Shown: positions 63,901 through 64,000 of the stretch, one piece after another
Layout: each line of letters starts with the position of its first letter
Position numbering within the stretch: the stretch's first letter is position 1
DNA from: Felis catus
Taxonomy: Eukaryota
NCBI RefSeq assembly: GCF_018350175.1
Contig: NC_058368.1
Coordinates: 70,806,001 to 70,870,000 of the forward strand
Length of the DNA: 64,000 bases
Direction: 5' to 3'
Translations under genes and position numbers: made by a program
Notes under the pieces: model-generated
Databases searched by the model: none
What the model saw: the letters and a program-made list of their open reading frames with translations, nothing else
What the model was told of the DNA's origin: nothing

Positions 63901-64000
63901 TTGTTTCATGCCCAATCAGCAAACTAAACTTTTGTGGAGAGAGAAGGCAGTTCAAGTGTTTCTGCTGCAGCTGAAGGGAGGAGCTAATGTGGAATTTACT

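Larger units (their letters stand above)
9367..64000 (+). other. CLYBL: CLYBL intron 1 (continues beyond the window)
   Basis: Begins at the GTGAGT donor. No exon-2-like coding sequence (KASLAADIPRLG... in human) was seen downstream. Human CLYBL intron 1 is known to be very long. Confidence 0.8.

Noticed and set aside
63935..63953. TGGAGAGAGAAGGCAGTTC, resembling miR-185-5p
   Set aside because: Imperfect match with no evident precursor hairpin, and miR-185 is encoded elsewhere; likely chance.
1..64000. CRISPR array, operon or novel multi-gene system
   Set aside because: This is eukaryotic intronic and intergenic DNA. The recurring sequences are dispersed SINEs and TSDs, not regularly spaced repeat-spacer units.

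Overview
Mammalian (felid, most likely cat-lineage) genomic DNA, identified by dense tRNA-derived Can-SINEs of the SINEC_Fc type and feline L1 3' ends. The only protein-coding sequence I can support is the 62-nt first coding exon of CLYBL (MALRLLWRAPRGTAAAALPRL, + strand, 9305-9366, GTGAGT donor) in a CpG-island promoter. The remaining ~54.6 kb downstream is CLYBL intron 1; exon 2 was not seen. The intron holds many SINEs, old and young L1 pieces, L2/MIR, MaLR LTRs and hAT DNA-transposon fossils, plus a diverged counterpart of the human MIR4306 locus. The most notable observations are: (1) a near-consensus CTCF site with its upstream module, followed by a TE-poor block rich in TCF/LEF sites (candidate Wnt-responsive long-range enhancer, possibly for neighbouring ZIC5/ZIC2); (2) a tailless, TSD-flanked L1 5'UTR-only insertion; (3) one target site hit by three successive retrotranspositions; (4) recurrent SINE-into-SINE insertion hotspots. 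I found no evidence for a new multi-gene system. The supplied ORFs are repeat-derived or spurious. Family names are from recall and repeat boundaries are approximate.
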